DNA of 64,000 nt from the NCBI GenBank assembly GCA_041661795.1, contig JBAZTS010000003.1, forward strand, positions 3,939 through 67,938. Direction: 5' to 3'. A model generated the notes under the pieces. That model saw nothing but the letters and a program-made list of their open reading frames with translations, was not told where the DNA came from and did no database searches. Below are positions 36,340 through 46,727 of this stretch, in pieces (the first letter of the stretch is position 1; every line of letters starts with the position of its first letter). A program made the position numbers and the translations under genes. This stretch comes from Minisyncoccota bacterium (GTDB taxonomy: Bacteria > Patescibacteriota > Minisyncoccia > UBA6257 > JAGOQP01).

Positions 36340-36876
36340 ATGTCAGGGCATAATAAATGGAGTCAGATAAAAAACAAAAAGGGGGTGACCGACAAAAAAA
36401 GGAGTCAGGTTTTTTCGAAATTACTTAGAGCTATATCTCTTGCCGCTAAACAGAATGACAATCCTCAATATAATTCCAAACTCAAAGCGACGATGGACAA
36501 AGCTAAAGAAAATAACGTACCTCAGGAAAACATAGAAAGGGCTATAAAAAAATCTCAAGAAGTTGAAAATATCGAAAGCTTAATAATAGAATCTTATGGA
36601 CCAGAGGGGGTGGCTCTTTTAATAGAGGCGTCCACAGACAACAGAAATAGAACCATATCAGAAATAAAAAGAATTATATCCGATCACCAAGGCAAGTGGG
36701 CTGATCCGGGAAGTGTAATGTGGGCATTTGAACCAGACACAAACGAGCACGTTTGGAAGGCAAAATTTCCTCAAAAAATATCAGAGGATGGAGAACGGCG
36801 TCTCTTGTCTTTAATGGAGGCCCTAGATGATCACGGCGACGTTGATGAAATTTATACCAATGCTAATTTGGAATAA
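36340..36876 (+). CDS. yebC: YebC/PmpR family DNA-binding regulatory protein (short form)
   Basis: N-terminus MSGHNKWSQIKNKKGVTDKKRSQVFSKL. Conserved yebC-ruvC adjacency. Confidence 0.75.
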   Translation: MSGHNKWSQIKNKKGVTDKKRSQVFSKLLRAISLAAKQNDNPQYNSKLKATMDKAKENNVPQENIERAIKKSQEVENIESLIIESYGPEGVALLIEASTDNRNRTISEIKRIISDHQGKWADPGSVMWAFEPDTNEHVWKAKFPQKISEDGERRLLSLMEALDDHGDVDEIYTNANLE

Positions 36877-36879
36877 TTT

Positions 36880-37371
36880 ATGAAGATTTTAGGGATTGAT
36901 CCTGGAAGCACCAGGGCTGGATATGGTGTTATAGAATTTGATAAAAATCACCAGGTTTTTATTAGTGGTGGAATAATAGATATAAAATCAAAAGACAAAA
37001 ACAATCGTTTGGCAGAACTGGAAAAGGGGATAAATAAGATAATAAAAAAGAATGGACCCGATTTGGTCGGGATAGAAAAGCTCTATTTTGTTAAAAACAT
37101 GAAAACTGCGCTTGAGGTAGCTCAATCAAGGGGTGTTCTAATTCTCTGTTGTGTTAAAGAGAAAATTCCCATTTTAGAATTTACCCCATTAGAAATAAAA
37201 CAGGGGATAACAGGATGGGGAGGAGCTGATAAAAAATCTGTTGAGTTGTGGGTTAAGAAGATATTAAAAATAGAAAACTTAAAGGAGGTAGATGATGTTT
37301 TTGACGCTTTGGCAATAGCTATTGTTACCGGATATTCTTTTTTAAACAATAAATTTCAAAATCAGGGTTAG
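36880..37371 (+). CDS. ruvC: Holliday junction resolvase RuvC
   Basis: MKILGIDPGSTRAGYGVIE start with catalytic Asp. 163 aa. Confidence 0.85.
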   Translation: MKILGIDPGSTRAGYGVIEFDKNHQVFISGGIIDIKSKDKNNRLAELEKGINKIIKKNGPDLVGIEKLYFVKNMKTALEVAQSRGVLILCCVKEKIPILEFTPLEIKQGITGWGGADKKSVELWVKKILKIENLKEVDDVFDALAIAIVTGYSFLNNKFQNQG

Positions 37372-37489
37372 GCATCTTGACTTTAATTATAGAAAAGTTA
37401 TATTTCTATAATTAAAAATTAACCTTCCAAGATTTTATTAAATAAAATCGGGGCGGGCAAAAAGGTCGCTTCTTATTTTAAAAATAAAA

Positions 37490-37699
37490 ATGTTTTTTCA
37501 AGAAACTTTAAATCTAAAAGATTTTCTTCTTTTCAGCGACGACGACATGAGTGATGTAACGGACGACGAAGAAGAGCTTATTGAAGCAGGAGACGAAGAA
37601 GAGGATGAGGAAGAGGACGACGAAGAGGGCGGGGACAAGGACGACAAAGATAAAAAACCAAAAAAACCCGACGTCGTAGATGAATTAGATGAAAATTAA
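37490..37699 (+). CDS. Small highly acidic low-complexity protein (Asp/Glu-rich with Lys-rich tail)
   Basis: 69 aa, DDEEELIEAGDEEEDEEEDDEEGGDKDDKDKKPKK. Coding status uncertain. Confidence 0.25.
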   Translation: MFFQETLNLKDFLLFSDDDMSDVTDDEEELIEAGDEEEDEEEDDEEGGDKDDKDKKPKKPDVVDELDEN

Positions 37700-37755
37700 A
37701 ACAAGAGCCCGTCATTAAATTGGCGGGTTTTTGTTTTTTGGAATACAATATAAGT

Positions 37756-39897
37756 ATGGCTAAAACTAAATCTAAAAAGATCTTTTTATTTTCATTGGTT
37801 GTTGTCTTGGTTGTGGGAATCTTTTTTGTTTATCAATTTATAGACATTATTAGAGGCCTTCCCCACCCGGAAAAAATAACCAATTTTCAACCGACTCAGT
37901 CAACTAAAATTTATGACAGAACCGGAGAGGTTTTGCTTTATGAAATACACGGAGAAGAAAATCGTACGCTAATAAGAGGAGAGGATATGCCTGATTACGC
38001 TAAAAAGGCCACCATAGCCATAGAAGACCAAAACTTTTACAATCACTCGGCTGTTGATATAAAAGCCGTAATAAGGGCTGTTTTTGTGAATATTATAAAG
38101 GCTGATTTAGCCCAAGGAGGATCCACTATAACCCAACAATTAGCTAGAAACGTTTTTTTAACATTGGACAAAAATTTCAAGAGAAAAATAAGAGAGACAA
38201 TATTGGCTTATTGGATTGAAAAAAACTACAACAAGGAAGAAATACTAAACCAATATTTAAACCAGATAAGTTACGGGTCTAATGCTTATGGAATAGAATC
38301 AGCGGCTCAAACTTTTTTAGGGAAAAAAGCCAAGGATTTAACTTTGGCCGAGTCGGCTCTTTTGGCTGGACTGATTCAATCTCCTTCTTATTATTCTCCT
38401 TGGGGCAGTCATTTAGATGAATTATTATCCAGAAAGAATTATGTTCTTGAACAGATGAAAAAATTATCTTTTATAGATGAACAACAATTGGAATCCGCCA
38501 AAAAAGAAGATATAAAGTTTATGCCCCAAAGTATTGGTTCTATAAAAGCCCCTCACTTTGTGATGATGATAAAAGAATATATATCTAATAAATACGGAGA
38601 TGACTTGGTTGAAAACGGAGGATTAAAAGTTGTAACCACCCTTGATTGGAAACAACAAGAGATAGCCCAAAGAGTCGTAAAAGAAGGAGCTCAAAGAAAT
38701 AAAGAACTTTACAAAGGAGAAAATTCTTCTTTGGTTTCACAAGACCCAAAAACAGGACAAATTTTAGCGATGGTTGGCTCGGCTGATTATTTCAATAAAG
38801 AAATTGAGGGAAATTTTAATGTCGCCACCCAAGGGAAAAGACAGCCGGGATCAACGTTTAAACCTTTTGCTTATTTAGCGGCTCTTTATAAAGGATATAC
38901 CCCTGATACAATATTATTTGATGTTCCAACAGAATTTTCTACCAACAAAAATCTTTGTCCGGTAATTGTTGATTTTTCCAATAAAAACACCGCTTGTTTT
39001 CATCCTCAAAATTTTGACGGTCTCTTTAGGGGACCGATTACTTTTAAACAGGGGCTAGCTCAATCCATTAACGTCGCCTCGGTAAAAACGCTCTATCTGG
39101 CGGGCATAGATAACACCTTAGACATAGCTCAAAAAATGGGAATAACCACATTAAGTGATAGATCTAGATATGGATTGTCTTTAGTTTTGGGCGGAGGAGA
39201 GGTAAAACTTATTGATTTAGTTAACGCCTACTCCGTTTTTTCACAAGAGGGGATAAAACACAAACAATCTTTTATTTTAAAAATAGAAAACAACAAAGGG
39301 GAAACTTTGGAAGAATATAAAGATGAACCCGTTCAGGTCATAGAAAATAATTATGCCAGAATAATAAATAATATTTTATCGGATATTAATTTAAGGTCCG
39401 GGCTCTTTCACTCCAGCTTATCTCTAACTGTTTTTGAGGGTTATGACGTAGCTCTAAAAACGGGGACCACAAATGATTATAAAGACGCTTGGGTAATGGG
39501 ATATTCTCCGTTTATAACGGTGGGAGTTTGGGCTGGAAACAATAATAATAAACAAATGCAAGAACAAGGGGGAAGTATTTTAGCCGCCGTCCCTATATGG
39601 AGTAATTTTTTAAAAGAGATTATAAATCAATATCCATCGGAAATATTTAACAGCCCCGAAAGCATAACAAGTAATAAACCAATTTTAAACGGGCAATACA
39701 CTTCGGTCCTGGAGAACAACGGATTTAGCTCACAGCACATTCATGATATTCTCTATTATTTAGATAAAAATAACCCCAACGAAGATTACAATCAACCAAA
39801 TCCCGGGAATGATTCTCAATTTGAAAATTGGGAGGTTCCGGTGCTGGAATGGGCTAAAAATAACGTCCCAAACTTTCTTACTGAATACAATAAATAG
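37756..39897 (+). CDS. Class A penicillin-binding protein (transglycosylase + transpeptidase), PBP1A type
   Basis: Start moved to the MAKTKSKK Met. GT51 motifs (IAIEDQNFYNHSAVD, GGSTITQQLARN). Transpeptidase STFKP, SxN and KTG(T). Confidence 0.85.
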   Translation: MAKTKSKKIFLFSLVVVLVVGIFFVYQFIDIIRGLPHPEKITNFQPTQSTKIYDRTGEVLLYEIHGEENRTLIRGEDMPDYAKKATIAIEDQNFYNHSAVDIKAVIRAVFVNIIKADLAQGGSTITQQLARNVFLTLDKNFKRKIRETILAYWIEKNYNKEEILNQYLNQISYGSNAYGIESAAQTFLGKKAKDLTLAESALLAGLIQSPSYYSPWGSHLDELLSRKNYVLEQMKKLSFIDEQQLESAKKEDIKFMPQSIGSIKAPHFVMMIKEYISNKYGDDLVENGGLKVVTTLDWKQQEIAQRVVKEGAQRNKELYKGENSSLVSQDPKTGQILAMVGSADYFNKEIEGNFNVATQGKRQPGSTFKPFAYLAALYKGYTPDTILFDVPTEFSTNKNLCPVIVDFSNKNTACFHPQNFDGLFRGPITFKQGLAQSINVASVKTLYLAGIDNTLDIAQKMGITTLSDRSRYGLSLVLGGGEVKLIDLVNAYSVFSQEGIKHKQSFILKIENNKGETLEEYKDEPVQVIENNYARIINNILSDINLRSGLFHSSLSLTVFEGYDVALKTGTTNDYKDAWVMGYSPFITVGVWAGNNNNKQMQEQGGSILAAVPIWSNFLKEIINQYPSEIFNSPESITSNKPILNGQYTSVLENNGFSSQHIHDILYYLDKNNPNEDYNQPNPGNDSQFENWEVPVLEWAKNNVPNFLTEYNK

Positions 39898-41019
39898 TTA
39901 AGACGATTTAATAGGCATTACTATGTAAAAATAGGAGTTGTCGTCGGGAGTTTTTATTAAACTAGCTTTATTCTCACCGTTAAATCCAAAAAAGACATTG
40001 GTGGTTTTTATGTTTCTAAAACCGTCCAATAAAAATTTCCAGTTAAAAGTTATTTGAGTTTTTGATCCTTTGATTTTAGCAGGCAATATATATTCGCTCT
40101 CCCCAAAATCATTTGAAGACGAAAGCGCTTTTATATTTTTTAGGCTCTCGTCAACAACAAACCGTATTTCGTTTAACCTATTAGAGAGAGAACTAGTCAG
40201 TTTTAAAGCAGAAATAACGTCGTCTTTGTCAAACAGGCACTCGGTTTCAAAATCATTTGGTATTACTGTTTCGTAATCCGGAAATTTTCCCTCAATTAAT
40301 CTTGAAGATATTCTAACTTGGTCAGTTTTAAACAAAACCTGATTTTCTTCAAAAACCATTTTTATTTTCTCTCCTTTTTTAGATGAAAAAATTCTAATTA
40401 TTTCTTGGACTGTTTTTATTGGAACTATAAAAGATTCATCTTTTTCGTGTTTGGTTTCAATCTTTTTTTCAGAAAAAACTTTTTGAGCCAATCTAAAGCT
40501 ATCAGTGGCCGCTAATTTAAATAACCCATCTTTAAAACTAAATAAAATTCCACCCAGCTCCGGTCTTATGTCAGAAACCTGACAAGCGCAAGAAACGGAA
40601 GAGAGGGAATCTATAAAATAATCTGAATCAAAAATAAAGAAATTATCTTTTTTTTCTTCTGCCTCTGGAATTATAGGAAAGTCGTCTTTGGAGTTGGTTG
40701 AAATTTTGGCCTTAAAATTATCAGTCGCAACTAAAAGATTATTTCCTTTACTTTCCAAACTTATTCTCTCTAAAGATAAATTATTTATAATCTGGGAAAA
40801 AACTAAAAATGGAATAGCCAAAGAACCATCTTTTATTACTTTTGCGGGTATAAAATAACTAATACCTATCTCAAGATCAGTTGAGGATATTTTTAATTTT
40901 CCATCAAACGTTTCAAAAAGAAAATTTTTAAGAACCGGTAAATTAGACGATTCTTTCCTGGCTCCGGAAATAGCGTTCAAACCTTCTTTTATATTATTTT
41001 TTAAAGCAATTATATTCAT
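39898..41019 (-). CDS. dnaN: DNA polymerase III beta sliding clamp
   Basis: Three-domain clamp. N-terminus LKNNIKEGLNAISGARKESSNLPVLKNFLFE. Downstream of dnaA. Confidence 0.85.
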   Translation of the reverse strand: MNIIALKNNIKEGLNAISGARKESSNLPVLKNFLFETFDGKLKISSTDLEIGISYFIPAKVIKDGSLAIPFLVFSQIINNLSLERISLESKGNNLLVATDNFKAKISTNSKDDFPIIPEAEEKKDNFFIFDSDYFIDSLSSVSCACQVSDIRPELGGILFSFKDGLFKLAATDSFRLAQKVFSEKKIETKHEKDESFIVPIKTVQEIIRIFSSKKGEKIKMVFEENQVLFKTDQVRISSRLIEGKFPDYETVIPNDFETECLFDKDDVISALKLTSSLSNRLNEIRFVVDESLKNIKALSSSNDFGESEYILPAKIKGSKTQITFNWKFLLDGFRNIKTTNVFFGFNGENKASLIKTPDDNSYFYIVMPIKSS

Positions 41020-41175
41020 AATAACTATTATATCTTATTAATTAATATAAATAGTAGTAGTAACAGTAGTGTCTGTGGATATGTGGAAAAGCTCATGGTG
41101 GGGCTTATATAATATTGTTTTTAAAACCATCTTATTTAATTAATTGAGTAAAAATTGTTGATAAACTGGGTAAGT
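41020..41175. other. Candidate oriC segment / DUE (dnaA-dnaN intergenic)
   Basis: AT-rich. DnaA-box-like TGTGGATAT (41074-41082) and TGTGGAAAA (41082-41090). Confidence 0.4.
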
Positions 41176-42549
41176 TTAACTAACAGGATTCTTACTTATC
41201 GACTCTTTTATTAGTATTATTTTTTGATTTAATGACTTATCCTTATTCATTTCCCTGCTTATTTTCTCGTAAGAGTGAATAACGGTGGTGTGATCTCTTT
41301 TGCCCATCTTATCCCCAATATCTGGGTAGGACATCCCCAACATATCCCGTAAAAGAAACATGGTTATTTGTCTTGGTAGCACAACCTCTTTTCTTCTGGA
41401 TTTATTAGTTAGGTCGCTTAAGGATAATTCAAAAAATTGAGCCACTGATTTAATAACCTGAAGAGGATTAACGTTTACTATGTTTTGTTGTATTGTCGCA
41501 TTTATTATTTCGTCGGCTGTTTTAGTGTCTATCTCAGCATTTTTAAATTCTTTATAAAAATAGAGTTTATTTATTATTCCTTCTATCTCTCTTATGTTTC
41601 TTTGAATCTTAGAGGCTATAGTATGACAAATTTCGTCGTTTAAAATAAAATTCTTGTCTTGAATTTTATTTTTTATAATAGCTAGCTTCATCTCATAGTC
41701 CGGGTAAGTAATATCAGCTATCATACCACCCTCAAATCTAGATCTTAGGCGTTCTTCGAGTGTTGGTATGGCTGATGGCGGTCTGTCGGAGGAAAGTATT
41801 ATTTGTTTGTTGTTTTGATAAAGGATATTAAAGGTGTGAAAAAATTCTTCCTCACTTCTTTCTTTTCCGCCTATAAATTGGATGTCGTCTATAATTAAAA
41901 CGTCTATGTTGCGGTATTTATTTTTAACATCTTCCATTCTTTTGTTTCTAATAGCCCAAACAACATCGTTAACAAACTTTTCCGAGGGCACATATTTTAC
42001 CCTAATTCTTCCGTGATAATTTTTGATAATTTCATTTCCCAAGGCCTGTATTAAGTGGGTTTTTCCTAGCCCCGTTCCTCCATAAATAAAAAACGGATTA
42101 TATTTCCTGCCAACTTCTTTGGAGATGGCAATTGAAGCAGCATAAGCCATTTCATTTGACGAGCCAACTACAAAATTTTTAAAACTATAACGAGGATGAA
42201 GATTTGTTTCAGGGTCCGTAGAGAATTCAGCGAATCCAACTTGGCCAACTTCGGGAATTGGTTTTTTGGTTTGAGAGAAAATTTTTTCTTCTAGGTTGTC
42301 GTTTAAAACAACGTAATCAATTCTATTAATTCCGCTGTCTATATTTTGTAGCGCCTCTAATATAATTTTATTGTATTTACTTTGAACCCACTCTTTGGAA
42401 AAATTATTATTAACTCCTAAAACAACCAGCCCCACAGAATCGTTTTTTTCCACCAATCGGCTGTTTCTAAACCAGGTTATAAAATTTGGTTTGGATATCT
42501 GTAACTCTATTTCGGCTAGGGCTTTTTCCCAAAGTTTTTTTAAGTCCAT
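41176..42549 (-). CDS. dnaA: Chromosomal replication initiator DnaA
   Basis: AAA+ Walker A GGTGLGKTHL, Walker B/sensor motifs, and a C-terminal DnaA-box-binding HTH (TTVIHSYEKI). Confidence 0.95.
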   Translation of the reverse strand: MDLKKLWEKALAEIELQISKPNFITWFRNSRLVEKNDSVGLVVLGVNNNFSKEWVQSKYNKIILEALQNIDSGINRIDYVVLNDNLEEKIFSQTKKPIPEVGQVGFAEFSTDPETNLHPRYSFKNFVVGSSNEMAYAASIAISKEVGRKYNPFFIYGGTGLGKTHLIQALGNEIIKNYHGRIRVKYVPSEKFVNDVVWAIRNKRMEDVKNKYRNIDVLIIDDIQFIGGKERSEEEFFHTFNILYQNNKQIILSSDRPPSAIPTLEERLRSRFEGGMIADITYPDYEMKLAIIKNKIQDKNFILNDEICHTIASKIQRNIREIEGIINKLYFYKEFKNAEIDTKTADEIINATIQQNIVNVNPLQVIKSVAQFFELSLSDLTNKSRRKEVVLPRQITMFLLRDMLGMSYPDIGDKMGKRDHTTVIHSYEKISREMNKDKSLNQKIILIKESISKNPVS

Positions 42550-42715
42550 GTGTTGTGATGACTAATAATCAAAAAGAGAATAATCTAGTAGACCCATCTT
42601 AGAACAAGAGTATCTTAATTGAAATAGTGGAAAAGTCAAAAACGTTAACAAGCTGTGGATTTCTTTTTGGGTTGGGGGTTTGATATTTATGTATTTTTCT
42701 GTTAGATTGTTTCTT
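42550..42715. other. Candidate oriC segment (divergent dnaA/rpmH intergenic)
   Basis: Classic position between the rpmH operon and dnaA. DnaA-box-like AGTGGAAAAG (42626-42635) and TGTGGATTT (42655-42663). Confidence 0.4.
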
Positions 42716-42850
42716 ATGTCGGTAACTTATCAACCAAAAAAGAGAAAAAGAAGGAAAACCCACGGCTTCTTGAAGAGAATGAGAAAGCCGGGAGGAAGGA
42801 GGGTTATATCCAGAAGAAGAGCCAGAGGGAGAAAAAAACTCACCGTTTAA
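42716..42850 (+). CDS. rpmH: 50S ribosomal protein L34 (below the ORF-track length cut-off)
   Basis: Translates to [44 protein letters not shown] (44 aa), the L34 consensus. Confidence 0.9.
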   Translation: MSVTYQPKKRKRRKTHGFLKRMRKPGGRRVISRRRARGRKKLTV

Positions 42851-42864
42851 AGGTGGGCGAACAC

Positions 42865-43206
42865 ATGCTGCCTAAAAAATACCGTTTAACAGTTGGTTTT
42901 TTTAAAAACTTAGTCACGGAAAATAAAAAACCAAACAAGATTATTGATGTGGGGATTTTTTCCGCTAAGGTTTATTCTTCTGGTAATAAATTTAGTCGTT
43001 TTGCGGTGGTGATGTCGTCGGCTAATTTCAAAAAGGCAACCGAGAGAAATCGTTTGCGTAGAATGGTTTATGAAATAATCAACAAAAAAGAAATTCATAA
43101 ATTACAAGGTAGAGATTTCGTTTTCTTTCTAAGAAAAAAAATACTAAAAGCTGACTCAAACGAATTAAAGTCTGAAATTTCTAAATCGCTGTCCTCTGTC
43201 ATCTAA
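42865..43206 (+). CDS. rnpA: RNase P protein component
   Basis: MLPKKYRL start and RNRLRRM(VYE) RNR motif. Start moved to the ATG at 42865, preceded by AGGTGG. Confidence 0.8.
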   Translation: MLPKKYRLTVGFFKNLVTENKKPNKIIDVGIFSAKVYSSGNKFSRFAVVMSSANFKKATERNRLRRMVYEIINKKEIHKLQGRDFVFFLRKKILKADSNELKSEISKSLSSVI

Positions 43207-43217
43207 CCTCTATTTTT

Positions 43218-43973
43218 ATGTCATACATCTTTAATGAATTTTTATATAGACCGCTTCTAAATCTTCTTTTTCTTGTCTACAACAACATCTATGCAGACTT
43301 GGGTGTGGCGATTATTATTCTGACGATAATTATACGTTTTGTTTTACTACCTGTTTTTTATAAGAGCGCCAAGGACCAAACGTTGATTCAAAAAATAACC
43401 CCCAAGATAAAAGAGCTCCAAAAGACACATAAAGACGACAAAGAAAGACAGGTAAAGGAAATAATGGCGGTTTATAAAGAGCACAAGGTTAATCCATTTT
43501 CTGGGTTTATTTTAATGATTATCCAACTGCCAATTCTAATAGCGCTTTATTCTGTTTTCTGGAGAGGGTTTTCACCAGAAATACTTTCAAAACTTTATTC
43601 TTTTGTTTCCGCTCCTGATCCGGTTTTACACTCTTTTCTCGGATTGTTTAATCTTTATGAAAAAAATATAGTTTTGGTTTTAATTGCCGCCGTCGCTCAA
43701 TATATTCAGTCAAAACTATTAATGAGCGTAGTTAAAAACAATAAACAATCTGATAAAAACAAGGGAGAAATGAGTGTGGCCGAAAAAGTTTCCAAACAAA
43801 TGGTATTAATTGGTCCCTTTTTAACTTTCGCGATACTCTATTCACTTCCGGCCGCGGTCTCGCTTTATTGGTTGACAACTTCTGTTTTTTCAGTTATTCA
43901 ACAGATAGTAATTAACAAGAAGATAAACAAACAAGATGGAACAGACACAGGAGATATTAAAACGGCTAATTAG
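43218..43973 (+). CDS. yidC: Membrane protein insertase YidC (short Oxa1-like form)
   Basis: Five TM helices, conserved first TM with IRFVLLP. rpmH-rnpA-yidC-jag synteny. Confidence 0.85.
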   Translation: MSYIFNEFLYRPLLNLLFLVYNNIYADLGVAIIILTIIIRFVLLPVFYKSAKDQTLIQKITPKIKELQKTHKDDKERQVKEIMAVYKEHKVNPFSGFILMIIQLPILIALYSVFWRGFSPEILSKLYSFVSAPDPVLHSFLGLFNLYEKNIVLVLIAAVAQYIQSKLLMSVVKNNKQSDKNKGEMSVAEKVSKQMVLIGPFLTFAILYSLPAAVSLYWLTTSVFSVIQQIVINKKINKQDGTDTGDIKTAN

Positions 43974-44367
43974 TTTAATGGGCTTTAATGATTTTTCTAT
44001 TAACTTTTCTCAAGAGTCAAGGCGTTTTTCGGTTTTTATAAACGACGGGCCATTTCTTGACCGCCATCTTTCTCAATTTGTTTCCGATATGGATTTTATT
44101 CTAAAAGGAATAGCTATAAAAAAGGGCTTGGAACTATCGTTTGTTGATATAAATAATTACAGAAAAGAAAGAGAAGAACTTATTATAAAATTAGCCAAGG
44201 CGGCTGCCAGAAAAGTTATAACAGAAAAAAAAGAAGTGGCACTGCCTCCCATGAACGCCTATGAGAGAAGAATTATCCATTCGGAACTGGCTGTTCATCC
44301 GGATATAAAAACAGAAAGCCAAGGAGAAGGAAAGGAAAGAAGGGTGATTATAAAACCCATCGCTTAA
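43936..44367 (+). CDS. jag: Jag/KhpB-like RNA-binding protein (KH + R3H)
   Basis: C-terminal R3H: LPPMNAYERRIIHSELA. Downstream of yidC. Confidence 0.7.
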   Translation: MEQTQEILKRLISLMGFNDFSINFSQESRRFSVFINDGPFLDRHLSQFVSDMDFILKGIAIKKGLELSFVDINNYRKEREELIIKLAKAAARKVITEKKEVALPPMNAYERRIIHSELAVHPDIKTESQGEGKERRVIIKPIA

Positions 44368-46727
44368 TTCATTTCTCCCCATCTCTTTCCTATCTTTACA
44401 CCCACTCTCAAAGGAACGTCTAATTTATAAGAGGATTCCATAATATCCCTTATTTTTTTTATTAAATCACTTTCTTTTTCTTGTCCTAGTAGTTCTTTGT
44501 TAATGTCAAAAATTAATTCGTCGTGGATTGAGAGAATAATTTTTATTTTTTTCAGAAGGTTATTTTTAGAAAGATAATCAAAAACCTTTATCATGGCGAT
44601 TTTTAAAATATCAGCCGCCAAGCTCTGGGTGGGCATATTGGTCGCCTCTCTTTCGGCGCTGGACGATAAAAATTGATTTAAAGAATTTATAGCCGGCAAA
44701 TTTCTGAATCGTCCGTTGATATTAGATGAAATTTCCGTTTCTCTGGTCGTCTCCAGAACCATTTTTTGCCATTCTTTTATAGCAGGGAACTCTTCAAAAT
44801 ATTTTTTTATAAATTCCTTGGCTTGATCGGAAGGAATGTGGGCGGTTTGGGAAAAAGCCCGATATCCCATTCCATAAATCATTCCAAAGTTTAAAGTTTT
44901 TGCCAGTCGTCTTTGTTGAGGCAAAACCTCTTTTGTATTAAATATTTTTTGAGCCGTTAGGGTGTGTATGTCCTCGCCTTTTTTAAACGCTCCTATCATA
45001 TTTTTATCTTGCGAAAGGTGAGCGATGACTCTTAGCTCTATTTGGGAGTAATCAAAAGAAACTAATGAGTTGTTTAAAGAAGGAATAAATATGTTTCTGA
45101 TTTTTTGTGACCATTCCGATTCTTGGGGTATGTTTTGAAGGTTTGGGTTTTGGCAAGAGAGTCGCCCGGTTGCGGCCCCGAGCTGTAAAAAAGTGGGGTG
45201 GATTCTTTTGTCTTCCCCTATTAGTTTTTCAAAAGAATCTAAATAAGTTGTTTTCATTTTGAAAAATTCTCTGTACTCTAAAATCCTTTTAACAACAGGA
45301 TACCCTTCCGATATTTTTTCCAGGGTTTGGGCTGATGTGGATTTTATTTTAAGGCCTTGTTTTTGAAAGTAAGAAAGGAGTTGTTTTGGAGAATTTAAAT
45401 TTATTTCTTCCCCGATTTCTTTTAAGATAATATCTTCTATTTTTTTAACCGAAACGTTTAATTCTTTTTGAACATCTTTTAGTTTTTTTAAATTGATTAA
45501 AACACCACTTTTTTCCATTTGGGATAGAACTTTAACAAGAGGCATTTCAATATTATAAAAAACCTTTTCCAATCCAAGGGTTTTTATTTTTTGAGAAAGC
45601 CAAGCAAAAGATTTATCCAAAAATTCTTCCAAGGGGAGAATTTTTTTAAATATTTTTTCGGATGCGTCTTCCCATCCGTCCGGTTTAACTCCTAAAAGTT
45701 CTAAACCTATCTTAATGTCAAAAATCGGCCCTAATATTTCCTGTTTTTTATATAAATCTTTTAGGTTGTATCCAATTTTTATATCCTCAGAATTTTGTTT
45801 AATAGAACCAAAAACCGACAATTGATTACTTTCAGCTTTCTTTTTTGTCTCTTTCTTCTTAGTATTTTCTCCTAAACCATCAACCCTTTTAATTAAGCTG
45901 GAAAAATCATTTTTATCAAAAAAATTTTTTATATTTTGAGTGTTTGGATTTAATTCTAATTCATTGATGTTTATTTTAACCGGAGCTGATGTAATTATTG
46001 TCGCTAAATCTTTTGAAAGAAGAGCAATTTCTTTGCTTTGGTTTATTCTCTCGTAAGATTTTTCTTTTTGTCCCTCTTTAAAAAAAATATCAAGAGTTTT
46101 GTATTTTCTTAATATTTCAGAGGCGGTTTTGGGTCCAACTCCGGCAACCCCGGGAATATTATCGGAGGCATCGCCTACCAAGGCCTTATAATCAATCATC
46201 TGGGTTGGATGTATGCCATATCTTTCTACAACCGCTCCTTCGTCGTAAACCATCGTTTCCGAGATCCCTTTTTTAAATGTTTCAACTAATATTTTTCCAT
46301 CTTCTACCAACTGAAGAGAATCAAGATCTCCTGTTAAAATAAGAACTTTTATATCTTTTTCTTTTTTAAATTTTATTGCCAGAGTTCCTATAAGATCATC
46401 AGCTTCATATCCGGGAATTTCCAGCCATTTTATTGAAAAACTTTCAAAAAGATCGTGGGCTTTTTTAAGTTGTGGTATTAGTTCGTCGGCTGTTTTGGGT
46501 CTTTGGGCTTTATACTGAGCATATTTTTGCTCTCTGAATGTAGCTTCTGGTCTATCAAAAAGAGCGGCCGCGTATTCTGGTTTTTTTGATTGGATTATCT
46601 TAAGGAGGATATTAGAAACTCCGTACAGAGCTCCTGTCGGCTCGTTCTTCTTGTTAACCAAAGGAGGTACCGCGTGAAAACAGCGATGAATCATAGAGTT
46701 GGCGTCAATAAGTAAGAGAGTTTTCAT
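44364..46727 (-). CDS. polA: DNA polymerase I (5'-3' exonuclease + polymerase; short, 787 aa)
   Basis: N-terminal 5'-nuclease domain (LLLIDANSMIHRCFHA). Pol A motifs (RRLAKTLNFGMIYGMGYRAFSQ; SIHDELIFD). The region between them is too short for a full 3'-5' exonuclease domain. Confidence 0.9.
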   Translation of the reverse strand: MKTLLLIDANSMIHRCFHAVPPLVNKKNEPTGALYGVSNILLKIIQSKKPEYAAALFDRPEATFREQKYAQYKAQRPKTADELIPQLKKAHDLFESFSIKWLEIPGYEADDLIGTLAIKFKKEKDIKVLILTGDLDSLQLVEDGKILVETFKKGISETMVYDEGAVVERYGIHPTQMIDYKALVGDASDNIPGVAGVGPKTASEILRKYKTLDIFFKEGQKEKSYERINQSKEIALLSKDLATIITSAPVKININELELNPNTQNIKNFFDKNDFSSLIKRVDGLGENTKKKETKKKAESNQLSVFGSIKQNSEDIKIGYNLKDLYKKQEILGPIFDIKIGLELLGVKPDGWEDASEKIFKKILPLEEFLDKSFAWLSQKIKTLGLEKVFYNIEMPLVKVLSQMEKSGVLINLKKLKDVQKELNVSVKKIEDIILKEIGEEINLNSPKQLLSYFQKQGLKIKSTSAQTLEKISEGYPVVKRILEYREFFKMKTTYLDSFEKLIGEDKRIHPTFLQLGAATGRLSCQNPNLQNIPQESEWSQKIRNIFIPSLNNSLVSFDYSQIELRVIAHLSQDKNMIGAFKKGEDIHTLTAQKIFNTKEVLPQQRRLAKTLNFGMIYGMGYRAFSQTAHIPSDQAKEFIKKYFEEFPAIKEWQKMVLETTRETEISSNINGRFRNLPAINSLNQFLSSSAEREATNMPTQSLAADILKIAMIKVFDYLSKNNLLKKIKIILSIHDELIFDINKELLGQEKESDLIKKIRDIMESSYKLDVPLRVGVKIGKRWGEMN

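Noticed and set aside
37490-37699. The 69-aa hyper-acidic ORF as a confident gene.
   Set aside because: Extreme low complexity (runs of GAC/GAA/GAG) can arise without selection. It is kept only as a low-confidence feature.
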